Of a stretch of DNA of 57,536 bases, positions 47,104 through 56,757 are shown in pieces. The position numbers and the translations under genes are program-made. Each line of letters begins with the position of its first letter. Position 1 is the stretch's first letter. This DNA is from a virus (taxonomy: Duplodnaviria > Caudoviricetes). Location of the stretch: IMG/VR virus record IMGVR_UViG_3300036406_001093, positions 1 to 57,536 of that record; one strand, written 5' to 3'. Below the pieces are notes generated by a model. The model was not told where the DNA came from. It searched no databases and worked only from the letters and a program-made list of their open reading frames with translations.

Positions 47104-47667
47104 CTAGTTGAAGAGTCCTTGCAGCATTCCCATCTGCTGGTTCATCAGCGCTCGTCGGATGGACTCGGCAGCCTGCGCACCGGCGAACTGCTGGCCCCAA
47201 CCGGCCTGCGACATGGCGTGCTGCACCATCGCGAGAGCCTGCGCCTCACGCTCTCGGCCGAACTGGAAGTCCAGCCGCGCCTTCGCGTTGTTCATCTGGT
47301 CCTGCGCTGCGATCCCCGCGGAGTCGGCACGACCCTGCGAGAGCGCCTGCTGCTGGCCGATCTGCGAGAGGTATCCGGTGCCGCGAGACGACCCGAGCCC
47401 GTTGCGGGCGGCTTGCTTCTGAAACATCCGCTGGTCGCCCATCATGTGGGCCTGACCCATGCGATTGTTGATCGCGCTCTGCGTGGAGTCGGCGGAGATG
47501 TACTTGGGAGCAGCCTGCGTCGACTGACCGCCGTACGCGCCGTTGCCGGTCTGCGGCGGCTTCCGCCCGGGCATGGGGGTGTCGATCCATCCGCCGCCGG
47601 GCTGCGACGGCCCGCCGGGGTAGCCCCACGCACTGCCGCTCGCTCCTTGGTTCTGCGATGCGATCAC
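47104..47667 (-). CDS. Q/G/A-rich putative ejection/pilot protein
   Basis: Composition and position. Confidence 0.6.
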   Translation of the reverse strand: MIASQNQGASGSAWGYPGGPSQPGGGWIDTPMPGRKPPQTGNGAYGGQSTQAAPKYISADSTQSAINNRMGQAHMMGDQRMFQKQAARNGLGSSRGTGYLSQIGQQQALSQGRADSAGIAAQDQMNNAKARLDFQFGREREAQALAMVQHAMSQAGWGQQFAGAQAAESIRRALMNQQMGMLQGLFN

Positions 47668-48377
47668 GACATGCCCCTCATGCCCATGGAGGCGATGCCC
47701 CCGGCGAAGCCGATGTTGTTCTTGAGGATGTCGGCAGCCAGACCGATCTGAGCCGCGCCGCGCTCGGCGTAGTCACCGTAGATTTGGGCGAGGTTGCTGG
47801 CCCCCTGCGTGGTGGACTCGGCACGCTTGGCCTGCTGGTCCATGAACAGTTGCTGGTTCTGCGCGTCCACGGCTCGGCCAATCTGCGAGGCGTCGTTCTG
47901 CGACGTGGCCCGCATGAAGGCTGACACGTTGGGGTTCGAGGAACTGCCGGTGTCGAGCAGGCCAGCAAGCACTCCGCCCTTGCCGATGCCGCCGCCGACG
48001 TTGATGCTGCTCCGGTAGGAGCCTGTCTGCGGGGCCTGCGGAGTCTTGCCTCCGAGCCCGCCAGCGAGACCGCCGAGTGCCGACCGCTGGGAGTCAGCAG
48101 CAGCGCGGTCGCGCCTCTGCTGCTCCTGCCGGATGATGTTCGTCCGGTTCATCTGGCTGTCTTGGAGGCGCTTTGCGTCTCCAGACGGATGACCCCAGCC
48201 CGAGTGCCGGATGAGTTTGCCGTTTCCGGGCTTGCCGTCCGTCTGCCAGACGACGCCGTCGGGGCCCCGAGCGCCCACCAACTTTTCGATCTTCGACAGG
48301 TTACGCCACCAGTCCGGCGCTTCCTTTCGGTCGACGGTCGTTCGATCGCCCCATGGTCCTCTTACTGCGCCCGACAT
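47664..48377 (-). CDS. Q/G/A-rich putative ejection/pilot protein
   Basis: GGAGG RBS before the ATG at 48377. Confidence 0.6.
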   Translation of the reverse strand: MSGAVRGPWGDRTTVDRKEAPDWWRNLSKIEKLVGARGPDGVVWQTDGKPGNGKLIRHSGWGHPSGDAKRLQDSQMNRTNIIRQEQQRRDRAAADSQRSALGGLAGGLGGKTPQAPQTGSYRSSINVGGGIGKGGVLAGLLDTGSSSNPNVSAFMRATSQNDASQIGRAVDAQNQQLFMDQQAKRAESTTQGASNLAQIYGDYAERGAAQIGLAADILKNNIGFAGGIASMGMRGMS

Positions 48378-48410
48378 ACCGCCTCCTGCCACCGTGCTGC
48401 TCCGCCCTGT

Positions 48411-48418
48411 TTATGGGG
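48411..48418 (-). promoter_or_regulatory. Putative late promoter motif CCCCATAA
   Basis: Intergenic, ~33 nt upstream of the ATG at 48377. Confidence 0.5.
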
Positions 48419-48431
48419 CGGGGCACGGCAA

Positions 48432-48854
48432 TCACGGCAGGGCTTCGGGGTAGCGGGCGCCGCGGCGAATAGCCAGCAGAATCGCCGCCTTTCCCGCGGC
48501 GTTTACGTAGGGGAGTTTCCTCTTGCCAGCCTCCTCGGCCAGCCACGAGGAGATCAGGTCGACGTTGTCCCGGCACCACTGGATGCCGCGGCGGTCCATT
48601 TCTTTGGCCCGGCGGTTGCACCCGCAGGTCGGTGACGAGGTGATCCCGATCATCTTCAGCAGGCCCTTGAGCGCGGTCCCTGCTCCCCGAGGGGGGTCTG
48701 TCTTCGGGGGCCTGACCCGGGGGTAGGCGGGGTGGGTCTCATCGATAGTCCAGATGTCGCCCCGCTTGGAGACGACGCAGGGCTCGACCTCCTGCCATCG
48801 GTAGCCGCGCTCCTTGCATCGAGCGATGAACAGGTCTCGGTGTCCTGTGATCAC
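48432..48854 (-). CDS. CxC-motif hypothetical protein
   Basis: GAGT.LK.LL...GI....CGC..RA.EMD..G..WC..N. Confidence 0.7.
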   Translation of the reverse strand: MITGHRDLFIARCKERGYRWQEVEPCVVSKRGDIWTIDETHPAYPRVRPPKTDPPRGAGTALKGLLKMIGITSSPTCGCNRRAKEMDRRGIQWCRDNVDLISSWLAEEAGKRKLPYVNAAGKAAILLAIRRGARYPEALP

Positions 48855-51514
48855 GGGAAGGGGTTCTCGGGTGGTGGCGTGCAGATCAGTCCGGGCTCAA
48901 GCGGGTCTATGTATTCGGGGTCCGGCGGTACGGCGAGCGGCCCGCCTATGCCCTGAAAGTAGTACTCCATCTCCGTGCGCTTCAGGAGACAGTCGGAAAC
49001 GTCTTCCCACTTATTCGCCGCGCAGTCGTAGACGAACGCGCGGTAGCGAATCCGCGTGGAGTATGTGTCGGCGAGGCCGCCCTCTTCGACTGGAGAGCAG
49101 GACGAGCCGTCCACGAGCGTGGACCGAGAGGTGGCGGCCGTCGTGCGCAATATCCCTATGCGAACTCCGGCCGCCTCGTACCGGAGCGCAGCCTTGTAGT
49201 CAGCCCAGTTGCAGTCACAGCCGTCCCCCTCACAGTCGTCAACCGGCAGGGGTATCTCTTTGTAGTTCGGCCGCCAAGCGAATCCGGGCAGGATCGGCGG
49301 GTGCGGGGGGTCGGGCACCCGATTGTATGCGCCGATGAATGGCGAGTTGCACGGCTTGAAGTGTATTGACCCTTCCAGCCAGTCGCCGCCATGCTGGTCG
49401 CTGTTCTGGACGCCGAAGCACGCCGAGGCGCTGCCGGTGTCGACGGGCTTGTAGGCGCTGTAGGCGAAGCAGTTCGAGGTGCTGATCTGCCACCCGTTCG
49501 CACCGCCGCCAGCCTCGCTGTTCGCGAACTGGAGTTCGTCGTTCAGCGTGTGGCAGTTTGCGCACGGGCCGCAGCAGACCATCGAGCACAGGGCGGTCGG
49601 GACCGTGAAACCTGAAACGTCCGCGCCTAGCGGATGGCACGAGTAGTCGTTTGGGTACTCGTACGAGCAGATGGACTCGCCGCAGCCCTTATTGCACTCC
49701 TCCTCGGTGTTCCAGTAATCCTCGTCGCCCTGCGGCGCGTAGACCTCCACGCACCCGTACTTCGGTTCATCGCACGGGACGAGCGGATTGGTCGTGCCCT
49801 TGCATACCCAAACGAGACATGTGCAGAGGACGTCGTCGCACTTCGCCCCACCCGTCCATGTGTACGCGGCCCCGAGCCTCTCGGCCTCTTCCCGGCACTG
49901 CTCCTCGGTGTATCCGTCGTTGCAGACGGCTTCCTGAAATACGCCGCGGCACTTCTCAAGCGAGTAGCCGATCACCTTCCACCCGTCCTTGTTGTCCGGG
50001 CACACCTCCAAGAAGGGCTCGCCGCCCAGCGCGCCCGTGTCGCTCGTGGAATAAACGTCGCAGCCGTCAGTGATCCATATCTCCTCGTCGTCGGAGGTTT
50101 CCTTCACGACGCCGATGCACCCCGCGCCGTTGGCCGGTTCGTAGAAGTAGACATGCGTCTGCACGCAGGCCCCGGGCGAGCAGTCGCAGTCCCGAATGCA
50201 GCAGGCCCCGACCTCCGGATCGCACTCCCGGTTGCACTCGTCAAGCGTGCCGTGCCACGAGAGGACCAGCCCCGGGTCCACGATGTCCTCGCGGGGGACG
50301 CATTCGTATGTGTCGGTGGCCGTGAGCACGCAGCCGTACCGACTACAGTCGCACGAGATGTCCGCGCACTTCTCTCCGGCGCTCCACCTGTGATAGACCG
50401 CCCGTCGCTCTGCCTCCTCCTCGCACTCGATCTCCGTGTAGCCGTCGAGGCACTCGTAGTACTCCTCCTCGACGGCCTCGCACTTATCCTTGGAAGAGCC
50501 GACGAGAGACCACTGCCAGTCGCTACTGTCGGTGTCGTCGCACAGCGAGATGTCGGCGTCGGTGTCGGTGGTCTTGAAAACCTCGCAGCCGTTCGAGGCC
50601 CAAATCTCCTCGCCGTCGCTGGTCTCCTTGGTGACTTCGACGCACGCGCCGGTTGCGTCCTTCTCCCAGTACGACCACACCTGCTCGCAGGACGTCTTCG
50701 TGCAGTTGTACTCGCACTTGTACAGGCAACAGGCGCCGGTCTCGTCAACGCAGGCATACTCGCACTCGGCGAGCGAGTTGTGCTCGGACAGAACGATCAG
50801 CGTCGGGTCGTCGTCTGTTGCCTTGTAGCACGACCGCCCCTTGTCGGGGTCCTCCGACTTGTAGGCGCAGACGTACTTACCCTCGTAGCAGAACTCCTCG
50901 CACTCTTTGAGCGAGCCGTGCTCCGTCAGGATCACGAACGACGGGTCTCCGTCGTCCTTCCGGCAGGCCCGGTCGGCGTCCGAGCCGTCAACAGGGTATG
51001 CGCAGACGTACCCCTCGTCGCAGTTGTCCTCGCACTGCTTGAGGCTGTCGTACTCGGCGAGCACGATCAGTTCCGGGTCAACGGGGTCCGTCTTCTTGGA
51101 GCAGAAGCGGTCCTTGGCCGGATCGATGGACCTGTACGCGCAGACGTAGGTGGCGCCGCAATCCTCCTCGCATTCCTTCTTCGTGTCGTGCTCGGAGAGG
51201 ACGATGAGGTTCGGGTCGTCGTCCGTTGAGGGGTAGCAGTCCCGCTCCGCAGGAGTCTCCGAATCGCGGTACGCGCAGACGTACTGCGTCTCGCAGTATT
51301 TCAGGCACTCCTTCTCGGAGCCGTACTCGCCCAGCACAGTGCCCGGCTCCGTCCCCTTGGGGTAGCAGTCCTGCCCCTCATCCGGGTCGTCGGTCGCGGA
51401 GCGGTACGCGCAAACGTACTTTGCGCAGCACTTGTTGATGCACTCCATCGCCGCCGCCATGGCGACCTTGCCGCCGCGCACAACGAGGGCGCCGTACTTC
51501 TGGAGGAGGCTCAT
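48851..51514 (-). CDS. Cysteine-rich repeat tail protein
   Basis: Five YVCAY...C...EC...C repeats, then two GACC modules; acidic. Confidence 0.8.
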   Translation of the reverse strand: MSLLQKYGALVVRGGKVAMAAAMECINKCCAKYVCAYRSATDDPDEGQDCYPKGTEPGTVLGEYGSEKECLKYCETQYVCAYRDSETPAERDCYPSTDDDPNLIVLSEHDTKKECEEDCGATYVCAYRSIDPAKDRFCSKKTDPVDPELIVLAEYDSLKQCEDNCDEGYVCAYPVDGSDADRACRKDDGDPSFVILTEHGSLKECEEFCYEGKYVCAYKSEDPDKGRSCYKATDDDPTLIVLSEHNSLAECEYACVDETGACCLYKCEYNCTKTSCEQVWSYWEKDATGACVEVTKETSDGEEIWASNGCEVFKTTDTDADISLCDDTDSSDWQWSLVGSSKDKCEAVEEEYYECLDGYTEIECEEEAERRAVYHRWSAGEKCADISCDCSRYGCVLTATDTYECVPREDIVDPGLVLSWHGTLDECNRECDPEVGACCIRDCDCSPGACVQTHVYFYEPANGAGCIGVVKETSDDEEIWITDGCDVYSTSDTGALGGEPFLEVCPDNKDGWKVIGYSLEKCRGVFQEAVCNDGYTEEQCREEAERLGAAYTWTGGAKCDDVLCTCLVWVCKGTTNPLVPCDEPKYGCVEVYAPQGDEDYWNTEEECNKGCGESICSYEYPNDYSCHPLGADVSGFTVPTALCSMVCCGPCANCHTLNDELQFANSEAGGGANGWQISTSNCFAYSAYKPVDTGSASACFGVQNSDQHGGDWLEGSIHFKPCNSPFIGAYNRVPDPPHPPILPGFAWRPNYKEIPLPVDDCEGDGCDCNWADYKAALRYEAAGVRIGILRTTAATSRSTLVDGSSCSPVEEGGLADTYSTRIRYRAFVYDCAANKWEDVSDCLLKRTEMEYYFQGIGGPLAVPPDPEYIDPLEPGLICTPPPENPFP

Positions 51515-52338
51515 GCGGTGATGTCGGCGCAGTCGGTGAGGGGCAGGCTGACGACGTCGGCGTCCCGGTCGTCTCCGGCCAGCACGTACGTATCGCGGCG
51601 CTGGAAGTCGATCGACGACTCCCCCATCACTGCGTTGGTCAGGTACGTGATTCTCTTGAGGTCGACGATGAGATCGTCTGCGTCCTTCGAGCCGAGAAGG
51701 AACCCCGACTTGCGGGTGAAGATGATCTGCGAGTCGTCAACCTTGATGTCGGTGATGACCTCGACCTCTTCGCCCTTCGGCTGGAGCATGTACTGGAGCA
51801 TGCCGGGGGACGACTGGACGCCCAGCAGGTCAGGTCGCTGGCTTCGGATGTTGAGGTTGCGCCCCATGAGGCGATTGTCGCCGAACACGGCGACGGAGTT
51901 CGCTGGGCCGTACCCGCGCAGGCCAACTATGGCGGTCGTCGGACCGGCAACGCCGACGGCGATGTATGGACCCTCCGCGATGGAGGTGATGTTGTCCCAC
52001 CCGCCATCGCGCCTCGTTGGCTGAAACCGGCTCCGAGGGGCGACCGGCTCCGTCTCCTCGGGCTGATCGCGCTGCCGCTCCCTCTCGTCCTTTTTCTCTT
52101 CGCGCTTCGGGGGCTTCCGTCGGGACTCCGGTGAGTCCATCTGCGGGAAGCGATACTTCCTCTTCGGCGGCGTGACGAATCTGTAGTCGGGCGGCGTGTA
52201 GTCGAACGACACGGGGCCGCGATGCACGAGCGGGGCCGCGCAGTGGGCGAGCGCGTGCATTGTGTCGTTGGCCGCCAGAGGCGACTGCCCGCCCTCGATG
52301 AGCGACTGCTCGATGCGACCGGACTGCTTGGTGAACAT
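51511..52338 (-). CDS. Tail-associated hypothetical protein
   Basis: TGATG coupling, 275 aa. Confidence 0.7.
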   Translation of the reverse strand: MFTKQSGRIEQSLIEGGQSPLAANDTMHALAHCAAPLVHRGPVSFDYTPPDYRFVTPPKRKYRFPQMDSPESRRKPPKREEKKDERERQRDQPEETEPVAPRSRFQPTRRDGGWDNITSIAEGPYIAVGVAGPTTAIVGLRGYGPANSVAVFGDNRLMGRNLNIRSQRPDLLGVQSSPGMLQYMLQPKGEEVEVITDIKVDDSQIIFTRKSGFLLGSKDADDLIVDLKRITYLTNAVMGESSIDFQRRDTYVLAGDDRDADVVSLPLTDCADITA

Positions 52339-54779
52339 CAGGCGACCCCGTACACGTCGAGCGCGTGGATGACGAATGGCCCCGAGTCGGTGCGGTCCGC
52401 CGACAACTCCACGGCGACGTGCCGGTCGTTCCCTCGGAAGTCGTCGATGGTCTGCGAGGTGAACAGGGCGCGGCACACTCCGGAGGAGACGCGCTCTGGC
52501 AGCAGGCTTGCGTCCATGTCGATGGCGGTGACGGGCTCCTGCGTCTCGTATCGTTCACCAGTGCCGCGGTCCCGGGCGGCCACGTTGATCCGCGGGTACG
52601 GCGAGTTGTTGTAGAAGAGCCGCAACTTCATGGAGCACGGCCCCTGCGTCGGCGTGAACAGCATGGCTACGTTGCGGTGCGTGTCCCGCTGCTCGACGGG
52701 CATGGAGTCGTGCGGGTACTCCATGTTGCCGGTGCGGACCCAGCACGGCACCGGGGCCTTCCCGTCCGCAGCCCGGCATGTGCCGGTGGCCTGCTCGCCG
52801 GATTCGGGAGGCTCGATCTCGATCGCGGGGCTCGTGTAGCCGTACCCGCCGCAGCGCACGTACAGCCCGAGCAGCGACCCGTCCGTCCCGACGGCCGCCT
52901 CGACAACGGCTCCTGCTCCGTCCCCGGTGACGGTCACCTTGGGCGGTCGTCGATATCCGCTGCCCGGCTCGATCAACTTGGCCTCGACGATCGTGCCGTC
53001 GGCCCGGTCGAAGTTGCCGGTGCCCAGCGCGAGGATGTCCTTCTTGCTGGTGCCGAACACGCACTGGACCGAGCCGGACTCGTCTCGCATGTTCGCGCCG
53101 CCCACGAGCGGGGATGCGTAGCGCTCCTCCCACCAGCCTTGGAACTCGAACGAGTAGCAGTACTGCCGCGTGGGGTAGTCGCCGGGCGAATCGCCCTTGA
53201 GACGCACCGAGATTCGCAGGCACCGGGCGGATCGGTCGGCGACGACGGAGAACCACTGCGACTTGGAGAAGTCGATGTCCTCTTGGAAGAGCGTGTTCAT
53301 CACCGTCGAGATCGGGCGCACGTCCCCCGACAGGTCCATGGCGTACACGCCCTCGTTGTCCATGCAGAAGATCGTGCCCTGATATTCGTCCCAGCAGCGC
53401 TGGTTCAGGCAGCCCCGGTATGCAGCGATCTGCACGTTGGCGTCGATGATCGGCTGGGACACGTACGAGAGCCGGTGGGCGTGGCGTGACTGCATGATCC
53501 CGAGCGAGGCTCCGTACGGGATCAGCGCCGTGATGTGGTCGTGCCCTCGCACGTTGGTTTGAAGCACCAACTCGTTGATGTCCGGGCAGGACTCTGGCTC
53601 GTTGTACTCGGAGAACCGCAGCACGTTCGGCTCGCTTCCGCTGGTGTCGACGGCCATCCAGAGGCGGTCCTGATACACGACAGCCACCGCCTTGTCGGAC
53701 GGCGGCACGCCGAATCGGTTGGCGTTGAGTTCGCCGTTCGGGAGCAGGATCGGCATGGCCGCATACCCGTCCCGCTCGTAGTCGGTCAACTCCATGTCCG
53801 TCAGGTCCTCGACGAACGAGGTGGCGTCTGGCGGAAGAGTGGCGACCCGGTAGGCAGTATACGCCTGATCACTCGTGGTGCGCCAGAGTTCGATCGCGAC
53901 GGACCGGGGCGATACGACCGGCGGCAGGTCCCATTCCAGTTGCCCGACGCCGTCACCGGCATCGATGGTTGCGACCGGGGAGAGGTTCGAGGGAATGGGC
54001 CCGCCGCGGCTCTCTGGCGTGTCGTCGATGACCCGGTAGTAGCAGTCGTACTTGCCGCGGATGTGGGCGCGCATGATCGCGTTGGCTACGGCGCCGCCCG
54101 TCTCCGGCACGGCGGTAGGTGGGTCGGTGTAGGCCCCGCCGTCCTTGACCAAGCCCGCCTTGAGCAAGCCGCCCTTGTCTACGACGGTCGACACGAGGGC
54201 GCCGCCGCCGTTGCCGCCCGTGATGCGAACCTGCGCGGGCACGGTGTAGCCCGAGCCACCGCCACTCACGTCGATTCGCTCGACGGGGTAGTAGTACCTC
54301 TTGTCCGTGGTCTGCGCGATCGGATTGTCGTAGCCAATCGGAATCGGGCTCAAGACGGGCGTGAGTGTGGCGCCGTCCCCGTAGGTGTTCCCGAGCGTCA
54401 CGATCGGGGTCTTGAGGTAGCCGCGTCCGTAGTCGATCACGTCGATGCTGCCGACCGTCGACCCCTCAAGGTACGCCCGGAGCACGGCGGGGCGCAGCGG
54501 GTTTCCTCCGACGTTTTCGAGCGTCACGTCCGGGGCGCGGTTGTATCCCGTGCCGCCCTCGATGATGTCGACACGCGCGATGTAGTACTTCGGCGTGCCC
54601 GTCATGGTGACGGTCGGCGCCGTGTCGGGGGCGTCGACGCCCATATCCACGACGACCGGGCCGCCGGAGAGGTCTACGCGGACAGGGCGGTTCCCGTTGC
54701 CTTGGAACAAATAGCCCCACTGCTTCGGCCCGACGGCAAGCGTGGCGGGAGCGTTCGTAGCGACCGTGCGCAGCAGCAT
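52338..54779 (-). CDS. Tail nozzle / tubular protein B-like
   Basis: YQDRLW, L.FSE..EPE, GC......, beta-propeller-like body with GGxGY..P.V inserts. Confidence 0.7.
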   Translation of the reverse strand: MLLRTVATNAPATLAVGPKQWGYLFQGNGNRPVRVDLSGGPVVVDMGVDAPDTAPTVTMTGTPKYYIARVDIIEGGTGYNRAPDVTLENVGGNPLRPAVLRAYLEGSTVGSIDVIDYGRGYLKTPIVTLGNTYGDGATLTPVLSPIPIGYDNPIAQTTDKRYYYPVERIDVSGGGSGYTVPAQVRITGGNGGGALVSTVVDKGGLLKAGLVKDGGAYTDPPTAVPETGGAVANAIMRAHIRGKYDCYYRVIDDTPESRGGPIPSNLSPVATIDAGDGVGQLEWDLPPVVSPRSVAIELWRTTSDQAYTAYRVATLPPDATSFVEDLTDMELTDYERDGYAAMPILLPNGELNANRFGVPPSDKAVAVVYQDRLWMAVDTSGSEPNVLRFSEYNEPESCPDINELVLQTNVRGHDHITALIPYGASLGIMQSRHAHRLSYVSQPIIDANVQIAAYRGCLNQRCWDEYQGTIFCMDNEGVYAMDLSGDVRPISTVMNTLFQEDIDFSKSQWFSVVADRSARCLRISVRLKGDSPGDYPTRQYCYSFEFQGWWEERYASPLVGGANMRDESGSVQCVFGTSKKDILALGTGNFDRADGTIVEAKLIEPGSGYRRPPKVTVTGDGAGAVVEAAVGTDGSLLGLYVRCGGYGYTSPAIEIEPPESGEQATGTCRAADGKAPVPCWVRTGNMEYPHDSMPVEQRDTHRNVAMLFTPTQGPCSMKLRLFYNNSPYPRINVAARDRGTGERYETQEPVTAIDMDASLLPERVSSGVCRALFTSQTIDDFRGNDRHVAVELSADRTDSGPFVIHALDVYGVA

Positions 54780-54786
54780 TCCACCC

Positions 54787-55062
54787 TCACGTCTTGACCC
54801 CGCTCACGATCGCCAGATTCCCCTCGGAGTCCACGACGAGCGCGCGGTCAGGCTGGCCGACGCCGCCGGAGAAAGGGAACACCTGCTCCACTACGCCGGT
54901 CAGGCCGGAGTTGTCGTACTTCACCGGGGCCGAGCCTCGTCGGCTCGTGAGTTGCCCCGGAATGGCGAGCGTCATGTTGACCTGTTGCTGCATCCCGCCC
55001 GGCGGAATGGCGTACGGGCTGGCGGCGATCACCAGCCCGCCGAACTTTGAGATGCGCAGCAC
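54787..55062 (-). CDS. Nozzle N-terminus-like small protein
   Basis: F.GL...SP..IP.G....N....G.L..R.G. Confidence 0.55.
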   Translation of the reverse strand: MLRISKFGGLVIAASPYAIPPGGMQQQVNMTLAIPGQLTSRRGSAPVKYDNSGLTGVVEQVFPFSGGVGQPDRALVVDSEGNLAIVSGVKT

Positions 55063-55064
55063 GG

Positions 55065-56024
55065 TCAGGCCCCGCCGTCAGGGCCGAGCGGTGCGGTGTA
55101 CACGCCAGCGTACGGCGCCTGCGTGGCATCGGGCACCCGATCGTACGGCGCTCGGCGGCCGGAGATGGGCGCGATGACGTCGCCTTCCATCGCGAGTTTC
55201 AGGTCGCGGGTGTACAGCGCGACCGCGGCGTCGATGGGCTTGCCGGTCATGCGAGCGACCCATACCTCGGCGCCGGTGAGGACCGCCGTGAACATCCCCG
55301 GCGACACGTCGAGGAGGTCGGAGATCACGAAGCGGCAGTCCGCGTACGTGTCGTTCATGGGGTTCTCAAGCGTCAGGCTCGCGGGCCCGCCACGCAGTTC
55401 GATGCGGCTCTGCTCCGCGTACGGGTAGAAACCCGACAGCGGCTCGGGATGGTTCTGCGGCGTGCCGACACGGAGCACCGCGCCGACGCAGCGCCCCGGG
55501 AAGTTCGTGTTGGTGCCCGTCACCGAGGTGCCGTTGACCGTGACGAATCCGGTGCGGACCTGCGTCTCGTAGCCCATCAGCGTCAGGGGCTTCGGGCGAC
55601 GGCGGTACGTGTACCGCAGCGTCATGCCAGCAGGCAGCCTGCCGCCGATCTTGAGTTCCCAGCGGTCGAAGTTCTTCGGGTCCGTCGACTTGGTGATCGT
55701 CCAGTACAGGGCCTCCCCGAGCGTCCACGAGTCCTGCTCGCGGCGCACCCACTCGGCGGGGGTGATGTACGCGGTGATGGTCGTGCGGTCCTGCGGGATC
55801 AGCGCGTCGATGTTCACGCAGTCGACGGGCAGCAGGTACGTGTTCTGGTTGGCGTCGATCGTGACCTCGGACTCCGAGACGTACCACAGCCAGTCCTTGG
55901 CGTGGGCCACGTCGCGGTAGGAGTGATGCACGGCAGCGCGCAGGACGCGGTGCTCTTGGTCTTGGGCGCCGCCGCCCACGGACTGCATCAGGTAGTCGAT
56001 CGCGTCTTGCGCGCAGTAGTACAT
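55065..56024 (-). CDS. Head-tail adaptor / tail tubular protein A-like
   Basis: Helical N-terminus ending DW.WY, Y.LP.D; AAGG RBS. Confidence 0.7.
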   Translation of the reverse strand: MYYCAQDAIDYLMQSVGGGAQDQEHRVLRAAVHHSYRDVAHAKDWLWYVSESEVTIDANQNTYLLPVDCVNIDALIPQDRTTITAYITPAEWVRREQDSWTLGEALYWTITKSTDPKNFDRWELKIGGRLPAGMTLRYTYRRRPKPLTLMGYETQVRTGFVTVNGTSVTGTNTNFPGRCVGAVLRVGTPQNHPEPLSGFYPYAEQSRIELRGGPASLTLENPMNDTYADCRFVISDLLDVSPGMFTAVLTGAEVWVARMTGKPIDAAVALYTRDLKLAMEGDVIAPISGRRAPYDRVPDATQAPYAGVYTAPLGPDGGA

Positions 56025-56025
56025 G

Positions 56026-56232
56026 TCAGCCTTCCTTCGGTCGTACACCGGCCAGACGATCCTTGGCGAACTGGATCACCTCGGGCGTCCAGTGCTGGGC
56101 GGCCATGTCCTTCACGGCTTGCGGGGCATCGTCGGGGAGCGGGCGGGCGGGGTGGTAGTTGCGAGCCCACAGACTGCCGCCACGGTCCTCGATCACGCCG
56201 ATGGTCATGTTCTTTTGGAGGGTGACGTTCAT
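56026..56232 (-). CDS. Small tail-fibre-associated protein
   Basis: P.....PQ.V.......WT.EVI motif following a fibre gene. Confidence 0.55.
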   Translation of the reverse strand: MNVTLQKNMTIGVIEDRGGSLWARNYHPARPLPDDAPQAVKDMAAQHWTPEVIQFAKDRLAGVRPKEG

Positions 56233-56753
56233 CCAAACCTCGCGTCGTCTGTGAGGTAGGTCAGCGTGAACGTGGCTTGGCCGGGGTCAAACTCGCCGCG
56301 TGATTCGATGCTGATGGTGTCAGCGTACAGACCCAGAGCAAACACCCAGCCAATCGTTCCTTGTTCGTAGTGAACCAGCGGAGCAGTAAAAACCGACGAG
56401 TCCGTCGATAGGTTGGCGTCGTTGTATTCGGACAACGAGAACGGCAAGCCAGTTAGGGAAAACGGGAGTCGTTCGCCAGCCTCGATCTTCGTCATAAGGG
56501 AACACCGAACAAGCAAGGTCACCGCACGACCAGCACGAGTCCAGTACCCCTCGACCTCGCCAACCGCGCCGTCGACGTTATTGGACACGGCGGGAGTCCA
56601 CACCCCGCTGAAATGCGTGTCGCCCTTCAGCATCAGCAGCCCATCGCTGCCGACCGCGAGGGTGTTGCCCGCGTCTTTGCTTGGCTCCGACGGGCCGGGT
56701 GGTCCCTTGAGGGACTGCCACCCGGACCCGTCATAGATGTAGGCGTCCTTCAC
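56229..56753 (-). CDS. Tail fibre tip / receptor-binding-like protein
   Basis: YDG.GW, GP repeats, G.WTP...G.W.R.G..V..., L.GLPF. Confidence 0.7.
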   Translation of the reverse strand: MKDAYIYDGSGWQSLKGPPGPSEPSKDAGNTLAVGSDGLLMLKGDTHFSGVWTPAVSNNVDGAVGEVEGYWTRAGRAVTLLVRCSLMTKIEAGERLPFSLTGLPFSLSEYNDANLSTDSSVFTAPLVHYEQGTIGWVFALGLYADTISIESRGEFDPGQATFTLTYLTDDARFG

Positions 56754-56757
56754 CGGG

